The notes under the pieces: model-generated
What the model was told of the DNA's origin: nothing
The model's input: the letters and a program-made list of their open reading frames with translations, nothing else
The model's database searches: none
Origin: Podarcis melisellensis
Lineage: Eukaryota
Assembly: GCA_964234715.1 (NCBI GenBank)
Contig: OZ174276.1
Length of the DNA: 64,000 nt
Strand: one strand, 5' to 3'
Shown: in pieces, positions 11,408 through 25,315 of the stretch
Position numbering within the stretch: the stretch's first letter is position 1
Layout of the letters: each line of letters starts with the position of its first letter
Made by a program: the position numbers and the translations under genes

Positions 11408-12987
11408 TTGTTATTTGTACAAATCAAGAAGTACAAACCATCATTTGGAGGATCAGGAATGAACCATTATAGTAATGGTGATGATGATGATAATAATTTA
11501 TTTATACGCCACCCACCCGGTTGGGTTTCCCATCTATGCATGACTTCCTCTTCCTTTTGCACAATTAACTTAATAGATGCTGGCTGGTTTGTCAAACCAC
11601 ATTTTGCCATGACAGCAAAACTAGCAAAGTTGTTTGAGTGACCTATCTGAACCAGGATCAGACAGTTCATGGACAGATTCTTCCATTCCAAACCATTATT
11701 TGGAGGCTAAGAAAATGTGATACTGGAATGTATTTATTTAATAAGTTAATGTAAGTTAGTTTGTACAAATGTAGTTTTAGTTACCTTGGGTTGCGTACAA
11801 CACTGCTGTTCCACTCACACAACATACGGTACTTCCACATGTGCAGTGGAAATGACCCTTCTCTCCCCTCTTGTGAAACCCCTCCAAATCTGTTCCAGAG
11901 AGTTAGGGGACCCTCTGGAGCAGATTTTGTGGACATGCAGGGAGAAAGAGGACGTCCTGTTAAATAAGGGAGACACTGCTCATGCAGCATTACCTTCTTT
12001 ACATCTTCCTTTCAAACAGCTGCATTGATATCACTGTGCATATATGTCGGAGAACACTTTAAGTACAAGCTTCAGATACACAGATGAGATTGGACTGAAG
12101 AATGCTAATCTCCACTCCATTACGTAATGGGTGTAAAAGTTGCTTTAAAGCTCGGTAGTCCAAATACTTTCAATTGGCCTCTGCAAAAGCCAGTGTAAGA
12201 ATAATACTAACATTTTATTTTAAAATTCCATCATGTTTGCAATGTACATTTTTGCTAATGTATAATGCCAGCCTTGAAGGAAAGATTGTACAATGGATTT
12301 AACTGCCAAGGGCTATTTGCACCTGCAGTGTTAGATATCCTTCTAACAGCAGAATACTAATGCATTTTCATCTGAGAGCGCTTGTTAAGCTTGAAAGATC
12401 ATGACTAATTCCATTGCTCTCTCCCAAATCCTAGTTCAAGAGTTTTGAATAATTAGGATTCGGTGTTACTTGTAATGTTAGAATGCAGTGATCAGAAACA
12501 TGATTTTTATATATTAAGCTTATAAGCTACATCCCCCCCCCCATTTTTGCTTGTGTTTCCTTTGAGACATCAAAAATTAAAGAAGATATCATGCCTTGAT
12601 AGGTTTTGGTAGCATCTGTTAGTTTGTACAGTCCTTCACTGAAACAAAATATATTTTTGTCTGCGTTTTGGGCTTGGATTGCACATCAGTTTTGTAGCAT
12701 ATGGAATGCATGCTACACCTTTCCTATTTTTGTCAGTGCACAAATGCCACGTGGTTATAGTAACATTCAGTATTTAAAGAAAATTCAAATTAATGTTAAA
12801 ATAGCAGCAGGCTAGGTGGTCTTTTGAATGGGATTTACCCAGAAACTGTTTTTTAAAAAAAGCTTTCTGATTAATTCTGTTTCTGAAACTGCAGTTACAT
12901 TTTGTGCAGCAGATTTCCAGAAACCCTGCTTCTAAAACGTCTTGATGTGAGTTTGAAAAGAACCTTATTCAGCTCTTGTTGTTTTAG

Positions 12988-13102
12988 GGAAAACCTCCAA
13001 CAAAGAAGGCTAAAGTGCTACAAAAACAACCTTTAGTTGCTAAATTAGCTGCATATGCCCAATACCAAGCAACGGTACAGAACCAATCAAAGACGAAAAC
13101 AG
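12988..13102 (+). CDS. MBTD1: MBTD1 coding exon 3
   Basis: GKPPTKKAKVLQKQPLVAKLAAYAQYQATVQNQSKTKT; ttttag| and G|gtaacg. Confidence 0.95.
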
Positions 13103-13731
13103 GTAACGTGGATGTTAGATGTCTCTGAGGAATTATTATTGGGTTAACATTCAGTTTTTCAACTTTGGGGAATAATTTCGAGAAGTATTGTAAGGTTTCT
13201 CTAACCACATATTTCAGCAATTTCCCAATGAATAAGAGGAATAACGTTTGCTAGTATTGTGAGGTGGGGTCTTTCATCTGAAGCTGAAGGGCATTGGTTG
13301 TTGGGGTGAACCTGTGAAACATTCTGAGGGGCTTGGCTCATGTGCCTTGCTTTCTACCCTTTCAGCTGTATTGGCATTTTCAACAGAACACATTGGCTGC
13401 TCTAGGGGTAGATAGATTTCTTTCCCATACTGCTATATCCATTTGACTGGATATAATAACTAACTGTCATATGAATCCTGATGGCATCAGTGCATGGGTT
13501 AGAATTGGTTTTTTGTTTTTGCTTCTGGCCTACATTAATTAGTTCCAGTCTAATCTATTTTCTAGAGGATTTTCTTTGGATAATCCACCATATTCACCTT
13601 GTGGTCATGCTTACAACCGTGCATTTCTGTTTCCTCCCCCACCCTAAAAGAGACTGGAAATGAATTTATATGTATTAAAAATTTATTTAGTAAATTATGT
13701 ACACATTGCTAAATAAAGTAACTCTTTCTAG

Positions 13732-13817
13732 CATCTGTTCCAGTGGAAGGCTTCAGTTGGGGCAACTACATCAATAGCAATAGTTTCACTGCCGCTCCTG
13801 TTAATTGTTTTAAGCAT
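13732..13817 (+). CDS. MBTD1: MBTD1 coding exon 4 (start of MBT1)
   Basis: ASVPVEGFSWGNYINSNSFTAAPVNCFKH; ttctag| and |gtaagt. Confidence 0.94.
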
Positions 13818-16104
13818 GTAAGTATGTTGCCTTTGATTTTATTATTTTTAGTAAATAGCTATAAAATAATTGCAACAGAGAATTTACAAACAGCGTGGTG
13901 AGAGTGGACTTCCCCTTCCTCCTACAGCTCCCTCTTCACTCCCCCAAATCTGCTTCTGAGAGCCCACCATTAAAGCAAATTTTGGGGGTATGTGAGGGGC
14001 TGTAGTTGGTGGGGAGTGAGAAAGTGTTGCTGGCAGACCAGCACAACTGGATTTTATCCTATGGCTTTCCCCTTAATCCTTAGGCATATATGAAATTTTA
14101 CTGATCTAACAACTGCAGTCTTGGGAGCTTCTATTTCAAAGATGCATGATGCTATTCAGTTTAAATGTTAGCTGTCAAAGCTGTGTGCAAAGTTTCAAAG
14201 CAAGTTTTAGATGTGGTTCTTGCCTGTGTGCATAGAACTGATTTACATACTAAGAAACTGTCTTGAAATCCTGTGGACCTTGAGAAGCAACCCAGTTAAT
14301 TGAAACCAAGTTAGTCTATTGGTTTGTCAGGCTTGGGTGGGGACCTCAGCCCAGCCCAATCAAACAAAGTCCTTTGAAACTGCCTGCAGATCTTCTGTGA
14401 ACAAAACAGAGCTCTGCACTGTCTCTCCTTAGAAGCAGCTGGAATTCAAAACAAGCGTGTTTTTCAGGTTAGTTTCACAAGAAGGAACATGTTGTAATAT
14501 GCCACTCTGTCAGTAGTAAGGTGCATTGTATACAAGGCTACATAATAACGATAAGGTTGTTCCTTTTTATAACAGAGATCAAGATCAATAAGTTGCTTTA
14601 TTAGCAAATAGGCAGACACATCCACAGCAAGGTTGTTTTAGGAATGGGTTCAAGTGATGCTTGTAAAACAAGACTGGTTTGGCTTCTGAGTGTGCTCTTG
14701 CTAGTGGAAGAAGAACCGATTTTTGCCCATTCCTCTCCCCTCTGTTGCACTGGAGGGGAAATGGGCATAAATTTGTGGCCTTTCTCCCGCCCTTCTGCTG
14801 GATGGGAAGTTTTCTGTGAATGGAGAGATAACTTCAGTTCATGGAAGTCAAACTTTCAATCCAAGCCCCTCTTCTCTAAAGCCCCAATTGTGATGAGTTC
14901 AGTATTTCCTTTGTGCTGCATGTAGGGCCAGTTTAATCATTAAAATGGTGGGCTGTATAGGTAATCATCAGGATTATTGTCCTGTGTTTTCATTGATCTT
15001 AACATTCATAACTTTAAAAGACAAATTCTACTGCCATACTCATCCCTTTCCATGATCCCATTCTCTCAGCACCTTGTAGCTGCTAGATCAGAGGAAGCAA
15101 ATGTGATAACAGTAATTCTGACTGGGTTCCTTCAATCCCTTTTATGAACGAAGCGTGACCAAAATGAGGCAGGTGCTGAATCTTTTTTGCCTTGTAGTAG
15201 TTTGCTGTTGCCACCTGCTTGTTTAACGCGTTGGTGGTGCAAGTCATGCACTGTCAATGACTTTAGACATGTTGGGAGAGAACAGGCCAAAATCAGCAAG
15301 CACCAAGGGTGTGGCTGCAGCAAAAAGACAAATGATTTGTATCAGCAAGCAGAGATTGTTTCCTTCAACCAAATAAACCCGTGCAGCATGTGAGAGAAGG
15401 AGGATAGCTGCCTTCTTGATGGTCTGGTTATCCCTGACAGACTGGTTTGCTTTAAAAAAAAGAAAGAAAGAAAGTTGAAGCAATTTAAATCTGTATATGA
15501 TTCTGGGGATTGTGGAATTGTCTTTAAGGCTGCAATCCTACACATGCTTTATTAGGAGTAAGGCCCATTAAACACAGTGGCAATATCTTTTGAGTATAGA
15601 ATGAAGTTGAAGGTTTCATGTCTTTATTAAACCACTAATTTTCAGACTCAATTTGTATCCTGTGCAGGACACAGAAAAGCTAGTGAGATACCTTGGGTGA
15701 GCAGTCATATTCTTGGAAAAGAATTCCTTTTGATTAACACCCCCCCACACACATTATACGTGCCCCTGTATTTTGGAGGGACAAGTGTCACTGGGGGATG
15801 TTGCCTGGAATACTGACTTCAGGTCTCAAATGTATTAAGGGGGCACTGATTGTACATTATATTTGTATCCCAGGTTTCTTTGCAAAAGTATCTTTCAAAG
15901 CAACTATCACTGAAACATACAATAAAATCCAACAAACAACAATAAATGAAACAATCAATTACTCTAACAGCAGAAGTATGGTTTAAATTGTATGCATTAA
16001 AATATCTAGAAAATAAATTCAGTTTCACATGGTCTCTAACATAGCAGGCACCAGATGATTGTCCCTGCAGAGAACATTCTGCTGTTGGACACCCCCAGCA
16101 AGAA

Positions 16105-16415
16105 ATCTGGTATGTTTAGCCAATAGAGAAGAAGTGGGGGGAAGCACAATGGCACTTTTCAAATATGTGAAAAACTGTCACATAGAAGAGGGCAAAGATC
16201 TGTCCTGGGCTCCTCAGAGGGCAGAAGTAGATCTAATGAGCATAGATTACAGGAGGGTAGATTTCACTGAGCATTGTGAAAAACCTCTTGACAGTAAGAA
16301 CAGTTTGAGGATGGAACCAGTTACTTAGTTGGGGTGGGTGAATGGGCAAGCTGTCACCGGAGAGCTTAACATAGAGGCTGGACAGCCATCTCTTGAGTTT
16401 GCTGTAGCTCTGGCA
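16105..16415 (+). mobile_element. CR1 LINE 3' fragment
   Basis: MALFKYVKNCHIEEGKDL...; CR1-type 3' sequence AGAGGCTGGACAGCCATCT. Confidence 0.7.
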
Positions 16416-16699
16416 TACAAGCCCCCTCCAGTTTTGTTTTTATGATAGTTCTACTGCATCTCCTCCATTGGGTGATAACTGAAGACTTGGGGGAGCCTTT
16501 TCTCCCTCCTCTTAAAGAGCAGCAAATGAGTGAATTATGAGCTTTACCTAGCCAAGAAAACATGGGTCAGCTCTGTGGCAGTGAAGGTGCAAGGGTGGAC
16601 AAGTGCTCTTTGCCGCTTGCCTGCTACTTGCACTTAGGCACGTTGCTAAGTCACAGACTTTGTAGCTGCTTTTTCACCAGCGTTTTGCTTTGGCTGGAT

Positions 16700-16865
16700 G
16701 TCAATCTGCTCTGCATGCAGAGTGTCCCAGGTTCAATCTTCTGCATCTCCAGAAGAAGCTGGGAGAGACCTTTGCCTGAAATCCTGGATGCTGCCAGTCA
16801 TTGTAAACAGTACTGAGGTGGATGGACCAATGGTCTGCCATGCGTAAGGCAGCCTCTGTGTTTCT
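16700..16865 (+). mobile_element. Old tRNA-derived SINE with CR1-like tail (relatives at ~26910-27180 and ~56835-57005)
   Basis: TGCATGCAGA..GTCCCAGGTTCAATC..GCATCTCCAG...GATGGACCAATGGTCTG. Confidence 0.6.
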
Positions 16866-17995
16866 ATATTTGAGCATGTTCTGGTGTACAGTGTAGTATT
16901 ATAGAAAGAACGGTGATTCATGAGGAAGGAGACCACAATTAGATGTTGTATGTTCTCTTAATTCTTTCATTTCAGCCTAGCATAGGCAGATGACAATATG
17001 TGTCTCAGAATTTCATCTTGAATTCCTTGCTTTATATGGTGAGCAACACAGTGATGAGGATTGTGTTCTGCTGCTCATACTTTCAATAATCATCAACAAC
17101 ATAAAAGTCTAGGAGGTTTTTTTGGGGGGGTGGGGAGATATCTAATGAAGCTAAATGACTCACAAACGAATTACGCAAGACTAAGTATGCATTTGGAACC
17201 TAATTTTAAGGTATTTTCTAAATTGGGGTAGGGAGCTGGATCCAGTCAGTTGGCTGGAACTTGCATTGCTGCACCATTGGGCCATTTTGGTGGGTGGGGC
17301 CCTCCTACCTGACAGTCATCTGACTTCACTATGATGTCAGGTGACCCATTTTTCCTTTGTAGTGTGGCAACTGGGCTACATAGAAATTTTAAGCCAAGTA
17401 GGGGTTGAAGTTACCCCCAGTAAGCTGATAGTAGCTGACTTCAAGCTCCATTTTTGGGTGGAATCAGCTGTGGTAACTCAGTAGCACAGCATATTTGAGC
17501 TGGTTTACTTTTGGTAACGGTTAGCTCATTGGTTGTGCACTGGCGAGGGAGCCTACCTGTCACCATCAGGAGTGCCTTTAAAGGTTACCAATTATACACT
17601 GGCAGTATGCCTTTACCTGCTCCTCATCTGATGCATCATTTGTGGGACTGTGGTTTGGGGGAAATGGCCTTGCAGACCAAATCGGAACCCCTGCCAGACG
17701 TAATTAGATCTATGGGCTGGAGGTTCCCCATACCTACCCTAAATGGATGTGCCTATTAAAACAGAGCTATGTAGGCAGCACAGACCATTGCAACAAACTG
17801 TTCTGATAGCATTTCGTGCACAATCTGCTATTGATTGTGCTGGTCAACACAGTCATGTTTCTAATCTTAGTTTCCATGCCTGAAGTCATCTGTGCGTATA
17901 TTCTGTTTTAAAATCTACCTCCAAGAGCGTGCACACTTGCAAACTTGCAAATCGGCATTCAAAACCAACTCTAGCAGCTATATGTTCTATATGTT

Positions 17996-18242
17996 CAGTG
18001 TGGTGTAGTGGTTAAGAGCGGTGGACTCGTATAATCTGGTGAACCAGGCTCGCATCTCCGCTCCTCCACATGCAGCTTCTGGGTGACCTTGGGCCAGTCA
18101 CACTTCCCTGAAGTCTCTCAGCTTCACTCACCTCACAGAGTGTTTGTTGTGGGGCAGGAAGGGAAAGGAGATTGTTAGACGCTTTGAGACTCCTTAGGGT
18201 AGTGATAAAGCGAGATATCAAATCCAAACTCCTCTTCTTCTT
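17996..18242 (+). mobile_element. Young Squam3-like SINE, full length
   Basis: tRNA head CAGTGTGGTGTAGTGGTTAAGAGCGG, 3' GATATCAAATCCAAACTC(CTT)n tail; near-identical inverted copy at 34303. Confidence 0.85.
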
Positions 18243-21200
18243 GATGTTGAGGAGGAAATGAGCTTCATTACTTTTAATTCATTCCACTGTGTCCATATAA
18301 ACAGGTATAGGGATTGCAGATGAGTCTACGTAGTAACATATAGTACATTAAATAGGCTGCCTTGTAATTAGCATTCAGATGTTCCACAAAGGAGCGCAAA
18401 TGCTTCCTCTTATTTATGTCCTAATTGCTGCTAGTGCAAACAAATGGTCGATTTGTTCCGAGGAAGTTGTAAAGTCTTATCTGGAGCTTTCCCTAGGCTT
18501 AACTTCATTATAGGGTTGCATGATTTCTATAAAACATACCAAATTCCATCAGTTATCTTAATAAAAGCTTTGCATCTCAAACATTTTGCCCCACTGCCTT
18601 TCTGGAAGAGGGGAGGGTGTCCTATGGAAAGTATATTTTTTGTTGCACAAGCCCCGTTTTTAAAGGTAATGTGCATTGGATGGATATGGAATCGTTAAAT
18701 GCAACAGATCAGGGTCACTGCAGACCCAGCAAGAATCTTCATCACTTTTTGCTCATCATGCAGACCTGGCCATATGTGCTAGAACTGGGATTGGAAACTT
18801 GTGGTCCTGCGGATGTTAATGGGCTCCCAACGCCCATCACCCCAAGCTAGCACAGGCAACGATCAGGGATGATGGGAGTCATTGTCCAGACACAGCTTCT
18901 TTATCCCCCTGTACTGGTAATAGTACAACAGAACAAACATGACAGCTACTAGCATTGTTCTCTGCATCAGATAGTGGATGGTCTTAAACCTATGCACACT
19001 TGGGAGTAAGTACCATTGAACTCAGTAGAAACTGTTTATTTAGTGCATTGTAACCTGGTTTTCAGATGCAATTTATTTATAAACTGTATGTAATTACATG
19101 AGGAATATTTTCCCCCTTTTCACTAGATGGCACTGATGCATTATCTGCTTACTAGCGTTCCTCCCCCTTTTTAAAATGCAGATATTATTCTCAATCCAGA
19201 GAGATATGTGAGGTCTGCATGTGCAGTGGGGCTTTTTCTGTCTGATTCCATGCAGCAGCTTTGTCTGAAGCAAGCAGTTATTTAAATTTATGCTAGTATT
19301 TTTAAAAAACAAACAAACAGCAGCTCATTCATTGTGGGGTGGGAGAGCCTCTCTTGGGTGGGGTCGCCTTGTGCTTGCACCCACATGAAGGGAACTCTGG
19401 ATTGTGGTCACTGCATATGCAACAGATATATCAGGTGCACCTGGAAAACAAAAATCTTGCACCATAGTTCTAAAGCCCCAGAGGCCTTAAATATTTCTGC
19501 CTGGTGTTTTTAGTGCATTTGAGAAAAGCCAGTAGTAATACTTAGCTATTCCAGGCAGAGAAGTTATAGGGTCAGCCTTTTTTTTTTGGGTTGGGAAGCC
19601 CACTTACATGAACCTGGACCTTGCCCATCAAGACCTTCCTGATTGCAACTTACCTTGCAGGGAAGGCGGCTGTCCCTCCCAGATAATTCCTCCAGAGTGT
19701 GCGCTGGATCAGAGTGGTGGCCCAGGCAGACCTTCCTTTTATTGGGAAGGAGCCCAAGATGGATGCCTTCATCATGAGTTCGAAAGGTAAACTTGTTCTT
19801 ATCTGTATGCTTATGGTTCTGCTAGTAAGCGTATTGCGCAAGAGAAGACAGTATGCTGGATATACACAGTGTACCATCGTTTCAAGGCCACGAGACCCAA
19901 ACCCATGATGGCTTTCTTTGGAAGCGACAGCCATATGGATTGGTGTAGGAGGAACTAGCAGAACCGCGATCTTCACAGACAAGGACAAGTTTAACTTTCT
20001 GCTATACCCCTATACCAATCCGAAACTTTGAAACCTGATGCATTCAATTTTGTTTCAATTGAATGGAGTTTTTGACGGGCATGTGCGACTCACAGGGATG
20101 TATGGCTCCAGTCTCTTTCTCACCATATGGCCTACCTCACAGGGTTGTTGTTAGATTAATTACTAGAAAAGAATCACTGCTGTCCTCCTGGCAAAGTTCA
20201 TGCGGGTAACAGTTTGGGACAGGTTGTGTGCAGAGCTGCAGTATGAGATAGGATGGATGCATCTGTGACTCTGGGGCGTGTGGTTCCTTATGACAATCTC
20301 TCACGTGCCCATGGCTCCAAAGAGCTTGACAAGCCCTCACTGTAGCCATTGCGCCACACTGTGATACCACACATACTGTCAGCTAGGTGACTCCCGCTGC
20401 ACGCATTGCCCTCCTGGCCACATTTTAGCTTCAGTCATGCCCAGCACTATTCTCCCCCCCCCCCCCCGGTACTTTACTTTATGGAGAGGGGAAACCACAA
20501 TAACTTTTGAATCACGGATTGGAACTTGACCAATTAAAAGGTCTACTTCACAAAAAGGCCAAACTTTTCACCAAAATTTGAAAGAAATATGTGATTTCTT
20601 TATAAATGGGAAAGAGGTCAAACTTTTAAACTTGTTGGATCTGTGTTAATTTTTATTGGATTGTTCTTTTTTTGGGGGGGTACTTTCATACACCTCATCG
20701 GGTAGACCATGTGTATGCAAAATTTCAAATTCACCAGTTCTATTAGCTATAGCCTGTTGAGACTTACCATGACGGAACTTGATTAACTGTAGAAGAACTG
20801 CCCTGCTTCTATTATCAGCATTCCCACCCCACAATAATACTCAGCCTAAATCTGTTTTCTGAACCTTGACAGCACCTGGCCATAAAGAGCTGCTGAAACC
20901 TCCTCCTCCTCCTCTTCCTCCTCCTTAAGAGGTGATCTGATAAAGACCAGAATTCATTCAAAATCAGAATGTTCCTGTTCACAACTAGATCAGTTTCATT
21001 CTGGAGATGATACGTTGCTGAGATACATTCATGTTACTACTTCTGTATAGTTTTCATTTGATTGTCAGTCCACTATTTTAACTAGTCAGGATTTTCCAAC
21101 CCAATCCTCAACATGTTTACTCAGATGTCCCACTGAATTCAATGGGCCTTACTACTAGGAAGTATTGAGGGCTGCTGCTTTAGGTCATAATGCCTCCAGA

Positions 21201-22141
21201 TTTGTCACTCCCAGACTTTTATGTATAGCTTCCAAGTTGACAGCACAAATACTTAATGTGGCATGTATATTTTCTGCTAAAGCACTCATTACTCCCTGAG
21301 AGTTTAAATAGACATGTTTTCAGTTAACATTCCCCTCATGTGTAAATTATTTACCTTGCCAGAAAAGTAAGGTTGGTTGCCCTGGAATCACTTGCTGACA
21401 CATCTGTGTAAGGAGACTGACTTATTTCTTGTAGCTTCTCAAGTATACTTGAGAAGGAACTTGAATATTTCCACAGCTGGATTAACTGCATGCTTTTCTA
21501 GCATGTGCAGAAAAGAAAGTTATTGTTGCAGTAGCCCATTTTAAAATATTAATCAGCAAATCTTCAAAGGTATTTCATCAGTTCTTCATTAAGTTAATTC
21601 ATTATAGCAAACTCTGCTCATTTCCTATTTAGTCCAATATCTCTTGCCATTCCTGTGTTGCGCATTCTGTTGTTGCTGTTCCTGAAGTAGTTAAAATCTG
21701 CAGAAAGTTCATATTCCAGGTTCACCCACAAATGAAGTAATTTTCTCTTTTTTAAAAAAAGAATTGCAACTAATTTCCACACATTGACCATTGCTAAAAA
21801 GGGAAAGCTACACATATCATTTTCTTCACACGATACTTTAAGGAAGTGATGCTACAACGAGTCATTAATGCAACAAAGGACTTCAAGGATAATTCAGATT
21901 TTTTAACTATGAGGTTACTGAAAAATAAAATTACCGTAAACCTTCACTGGTTGTGGTGGGTGAGAGAGGGAGGGATTCACTGTCATCAACAAAGGTAAGC
22001 CATGAGTTAACCAGTTTTACAAGCAGTAACCAGATAGCTTCCCCCGGAAAGAAAAGCCAGAGAGCTTGGCTAGTATTAATAGGTGGAAATAAGTGTTTTT
22101 ATGAATTACATGGTTTCTAACTTATTTTCCTAACATTGCAG

Positions 22142-22259
22142 GCACCTATGGGGACTTGCTGGGGTGACATCTCAGAAGGTGTACGTGTAGAAGTCCCTAA
22201 CACAGACTGCAGCCTACCTACCAAAGTCTTCTGGATTGCTGGGATTGTAAAATTAGCAG
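22142..22259 (+). CDS. MBTD1: MBTD1 coding exon 5
   Basis: APMGTCWGDISEGVRVEVPNTDCSLPTKVFWIAGIVKLA; ttgcag| and G|gttact. Confidence 0.95.
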
Positions 22260-23309
22260 GTTACTAACTTTGCATAAAATAATGCATTTTGAAGTGTAAC
22301 TGTCTCAATAAATAATTCAGGGATTTGAGCAGGTGTATATATTATTTAAAACAAAATGCATAGCAGAAGGGATAAGTCTTCTGTGTTGAATGATCCTTAA
22401 GGTTGCCATAGTGGGGCAAGTTCCTATTAAGTCAACAGTGGTTTACCAAGCAGATCTGTTTGAAACCCTGCCTATAAGGGATGATTCTGTGGAATTTAAA
22501 AGACTGTCATATTCAGATCTTGAATGCTATACACACTGTTAATTGTAGGCTTTGTTGTGATTCTTCAGGGGGTGATAAGGAGTAATTGTAATTTTTGTAT
22601 TATTAGAGCTACAATTGATATGTTTTCAACTTTAGGGGTTGAAAAACTTTGCCTTTGAGTAGTTTCCCTGATTCCTGATAAGTCTCTTGCTTGTGATTTT
22701 GAGCTAAGACTCATAATTTCCCGGCAGACTTCATTATGTGAAATTCCCTTTATGATCAACACACTGCTGTCCTCCAAGCAAAGCACTCTAGGTGTTTGAA
22801 ACAAGGTTATACACTCATGGCTTGTGGCTCTTTCTTTCTCTGTGACCTTTGAATGTTTGCATTGAGATAGCAGTTAAACCAACAGGCTCCCAACACATAG
22901 TTTGAGAAGCCTCATGTAAAACAAATTGCCTTAAAAACCAGGGAAAAAAATATATATTTCAAGGCCATGTCTTCTAACAGTATACTGTGCAGGAGTCGCC
23001 AACCTTTTTGAGCCTGTGAACTCATTTACAAATTGGAGAAATGGTTGTGGGCACTGCATGCACGCAATAATATGCGCCAACTCCTAGGGGCCCAAGCAAT
23101 TTTGGCCCCCCAAATATTTTTTTGAGGTGGCTGGGCCCCCTCAATATTCAGAGGACGTCACACAATGTCCCTCCAATCCTTTGGAGAAACTGGTGCCTCT
23201 GCACTCATGGCAACCTATTCTATTGGCTACAATAGATTGCTTCATTCAAGCTTAATTTCCGTGGAGGAAGAGACCTACGAGGGCTATGTTGGTGACCCCT
23301 AGTATAGTA

Positions 23310-23546
23310 CAGTCGTATCTTGGAAGTTGAACAGAAGCCTTTCTGGAAGTCCGTTCGACTTCCAAAACGTTCGGAAGCCAGAGAGCGGCTTCTGCAGCCT
23401 GCAGGCCAAGCGGAAGTCACAGAAGCCCCATTGGATTTTCAGCTTTCAAAAATACTTCACAAACCGGAACAGACGCTTCTGGATTTGCGGCGTTTGGGAG
23501 CCAAAATGTGTGAGAACTAAGCTGTTTGAAAACCAAGGTATGACTG
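23310..23546. mobile_element. Tigger-like MITE, family B
   Basis: TA|CAGTCGTATCTTGG...CCAAGGTATGACTG|TA; copies at 60529 and 63742. Confidence 0.8.
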
Positions 23547-23734
23547 TAACATCAATGTAGGAACTTCCCCTATTGACACAGCTCTAGTATAGGCAGTGGC
23601 AGCTGAAGACCACTTCCAACATCAGCTCGCTTCCTCTGGAAGCTGTTTCAAATGAAGGGGAGTGTGTGTTTGATTGTGGTGCATTTCTTCCTTAAGAGTA
23701 GCATGGATCAGCATGAGATTTCCTTCTCTTTCAG

Positions 23735-23869
23735 GTTACAGTGCTTTACTAAGATATGAAGGCTTTGAAAGCGATTCAAGTCTTGACTTCTGGTGTAACA
23801 TCTGTGGTCTTGATATCCATCCGGTTGGTTGGTGTGCAACAAGTGGGAAGCCTCTAGTGCCGCCTCGAT
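23735..23869 (+). CDS. MBTD1: MBTD1 coding exon 6
   Basis: GYSALLRYEGFESDSSLDFWCNICGLDIHPVGWCATSGKPLVPPR; ttcag| and T|gtacgt. Confidence 0.95.
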
Positions 23870-24207
23870 GTACGTAAATCTGACTTTTAACTGGCTGACC
23901 TTTAGTTTAATTTATCTTATGCTCTCTGTACTGATCCTTTAACTAACTTTACATACTCTCTTATGTTAAGTATAAATCTGATATCACAACATCTGTATAT
24001 CTCTCTCTGTATTTATCATATGAATGGATGTGCTTGTGTCTAACTCACGTTGTTGTCAAAATAGCTAAAAGTACTTCACGATGATAAAGTATCTGGATTT
24101 CCAGTAAATTCTGAAGACAATAACTTTTTGACATTGCTCATTCAGTGTCTTGCAGTACAAATTTTCAAAAGTGGTTAATGTCTGTTTGTTTTTCTGAATC
24201 TTGACAG

Positions 24208-24296
24208 CCATTCAACACAAATACACAAACTGGAAAGCTTTTCTGGTGAAACGACTCACTGGTGCCAAAACTCTTCCTCCCGACTTCTCTCAGAAG
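24208..24296 (+). CDS. MBTD1: MBTD1 coding exon 7
   Basis: SIQHKYTNWKAFLVKRLTGAKTLPPDFSQK; gacag| and |gtgagg. Confidence 0.95.
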
Positions 24297-24719
24297 GTGA
24301 GGCTGGTTTCAAAGAAGACCCTTGTCAGCCTTTTTGGCTTATTTATTATAGTACTTACAAAATGCTTTTGAGCATGAATACTCTAAAAACTGTTACATAA
24401 AAACAGTAAAATGCAATATGAAAATCAGAATTGGAGCAGAAAGCAAAAGCTGGCAGCAACAACAAAAAAGCAGCATCAGTTGGACCAGAAACAAAAGTTT
24501 CCAAAGCCTAAGTTATGAGACCACCACAGGAAAAGCTCTTTTCCTAGTTGGCAGTCTAAAGTCTGAAAGTGATGGTACCTGTCTTTGTTGACTGATCATA
24601 AAACTGGGTGTGGAAAGGGGAACAAAACAGGGGAAAGCACTCCCTGTGATACTTGTGGGCAATAGCAGATTCACATAGCCATTGTTGTAGATGGGTATTT
24701 GCAGAGGTACATATGTTAA

Positions 24720-25028
<309 letters not shown>

Positions 25029-25259
25029 TGATGTTCACGTCAGCTTTCAAGATACTGTATGAGAGTTGGACAAAGAAAGATGCTTTGAGGTTTGCTTGCT
25101 TTTTAAGCCATCAAGTGGTGTATACATTTTATGGAATAAAAGTATTTTTTTAAAAAAATGCTTTATTTGGTTTTGGTAGGCGTTTGTATTTTTAAAAGGT
25201 CACATGTTTGAAGTAGTAAATTAGAAATCTTCATCTATGGTTTTCCCCCTTTTTCACAG

Positions 25260-25315
25260 ATATTGCCAAGAAACAGGACGCTTATTTTGATGCACCCCCA
25301 CATTTATTTGCTAAG
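25260..25315 (+). CDS. MBTD1: MBTD1 coding exon 9
   Basis: DIAKKQDAYFDAPPHLFAK; cacag| and |gtatga. Confidence 0.93.

Noticed and set aside
19577-19600. Poly-T as the tail of a minus-strand retrocopy
   Set aside because: No nearby polyA signal, TSD or recognisable coding homology on the minus strand
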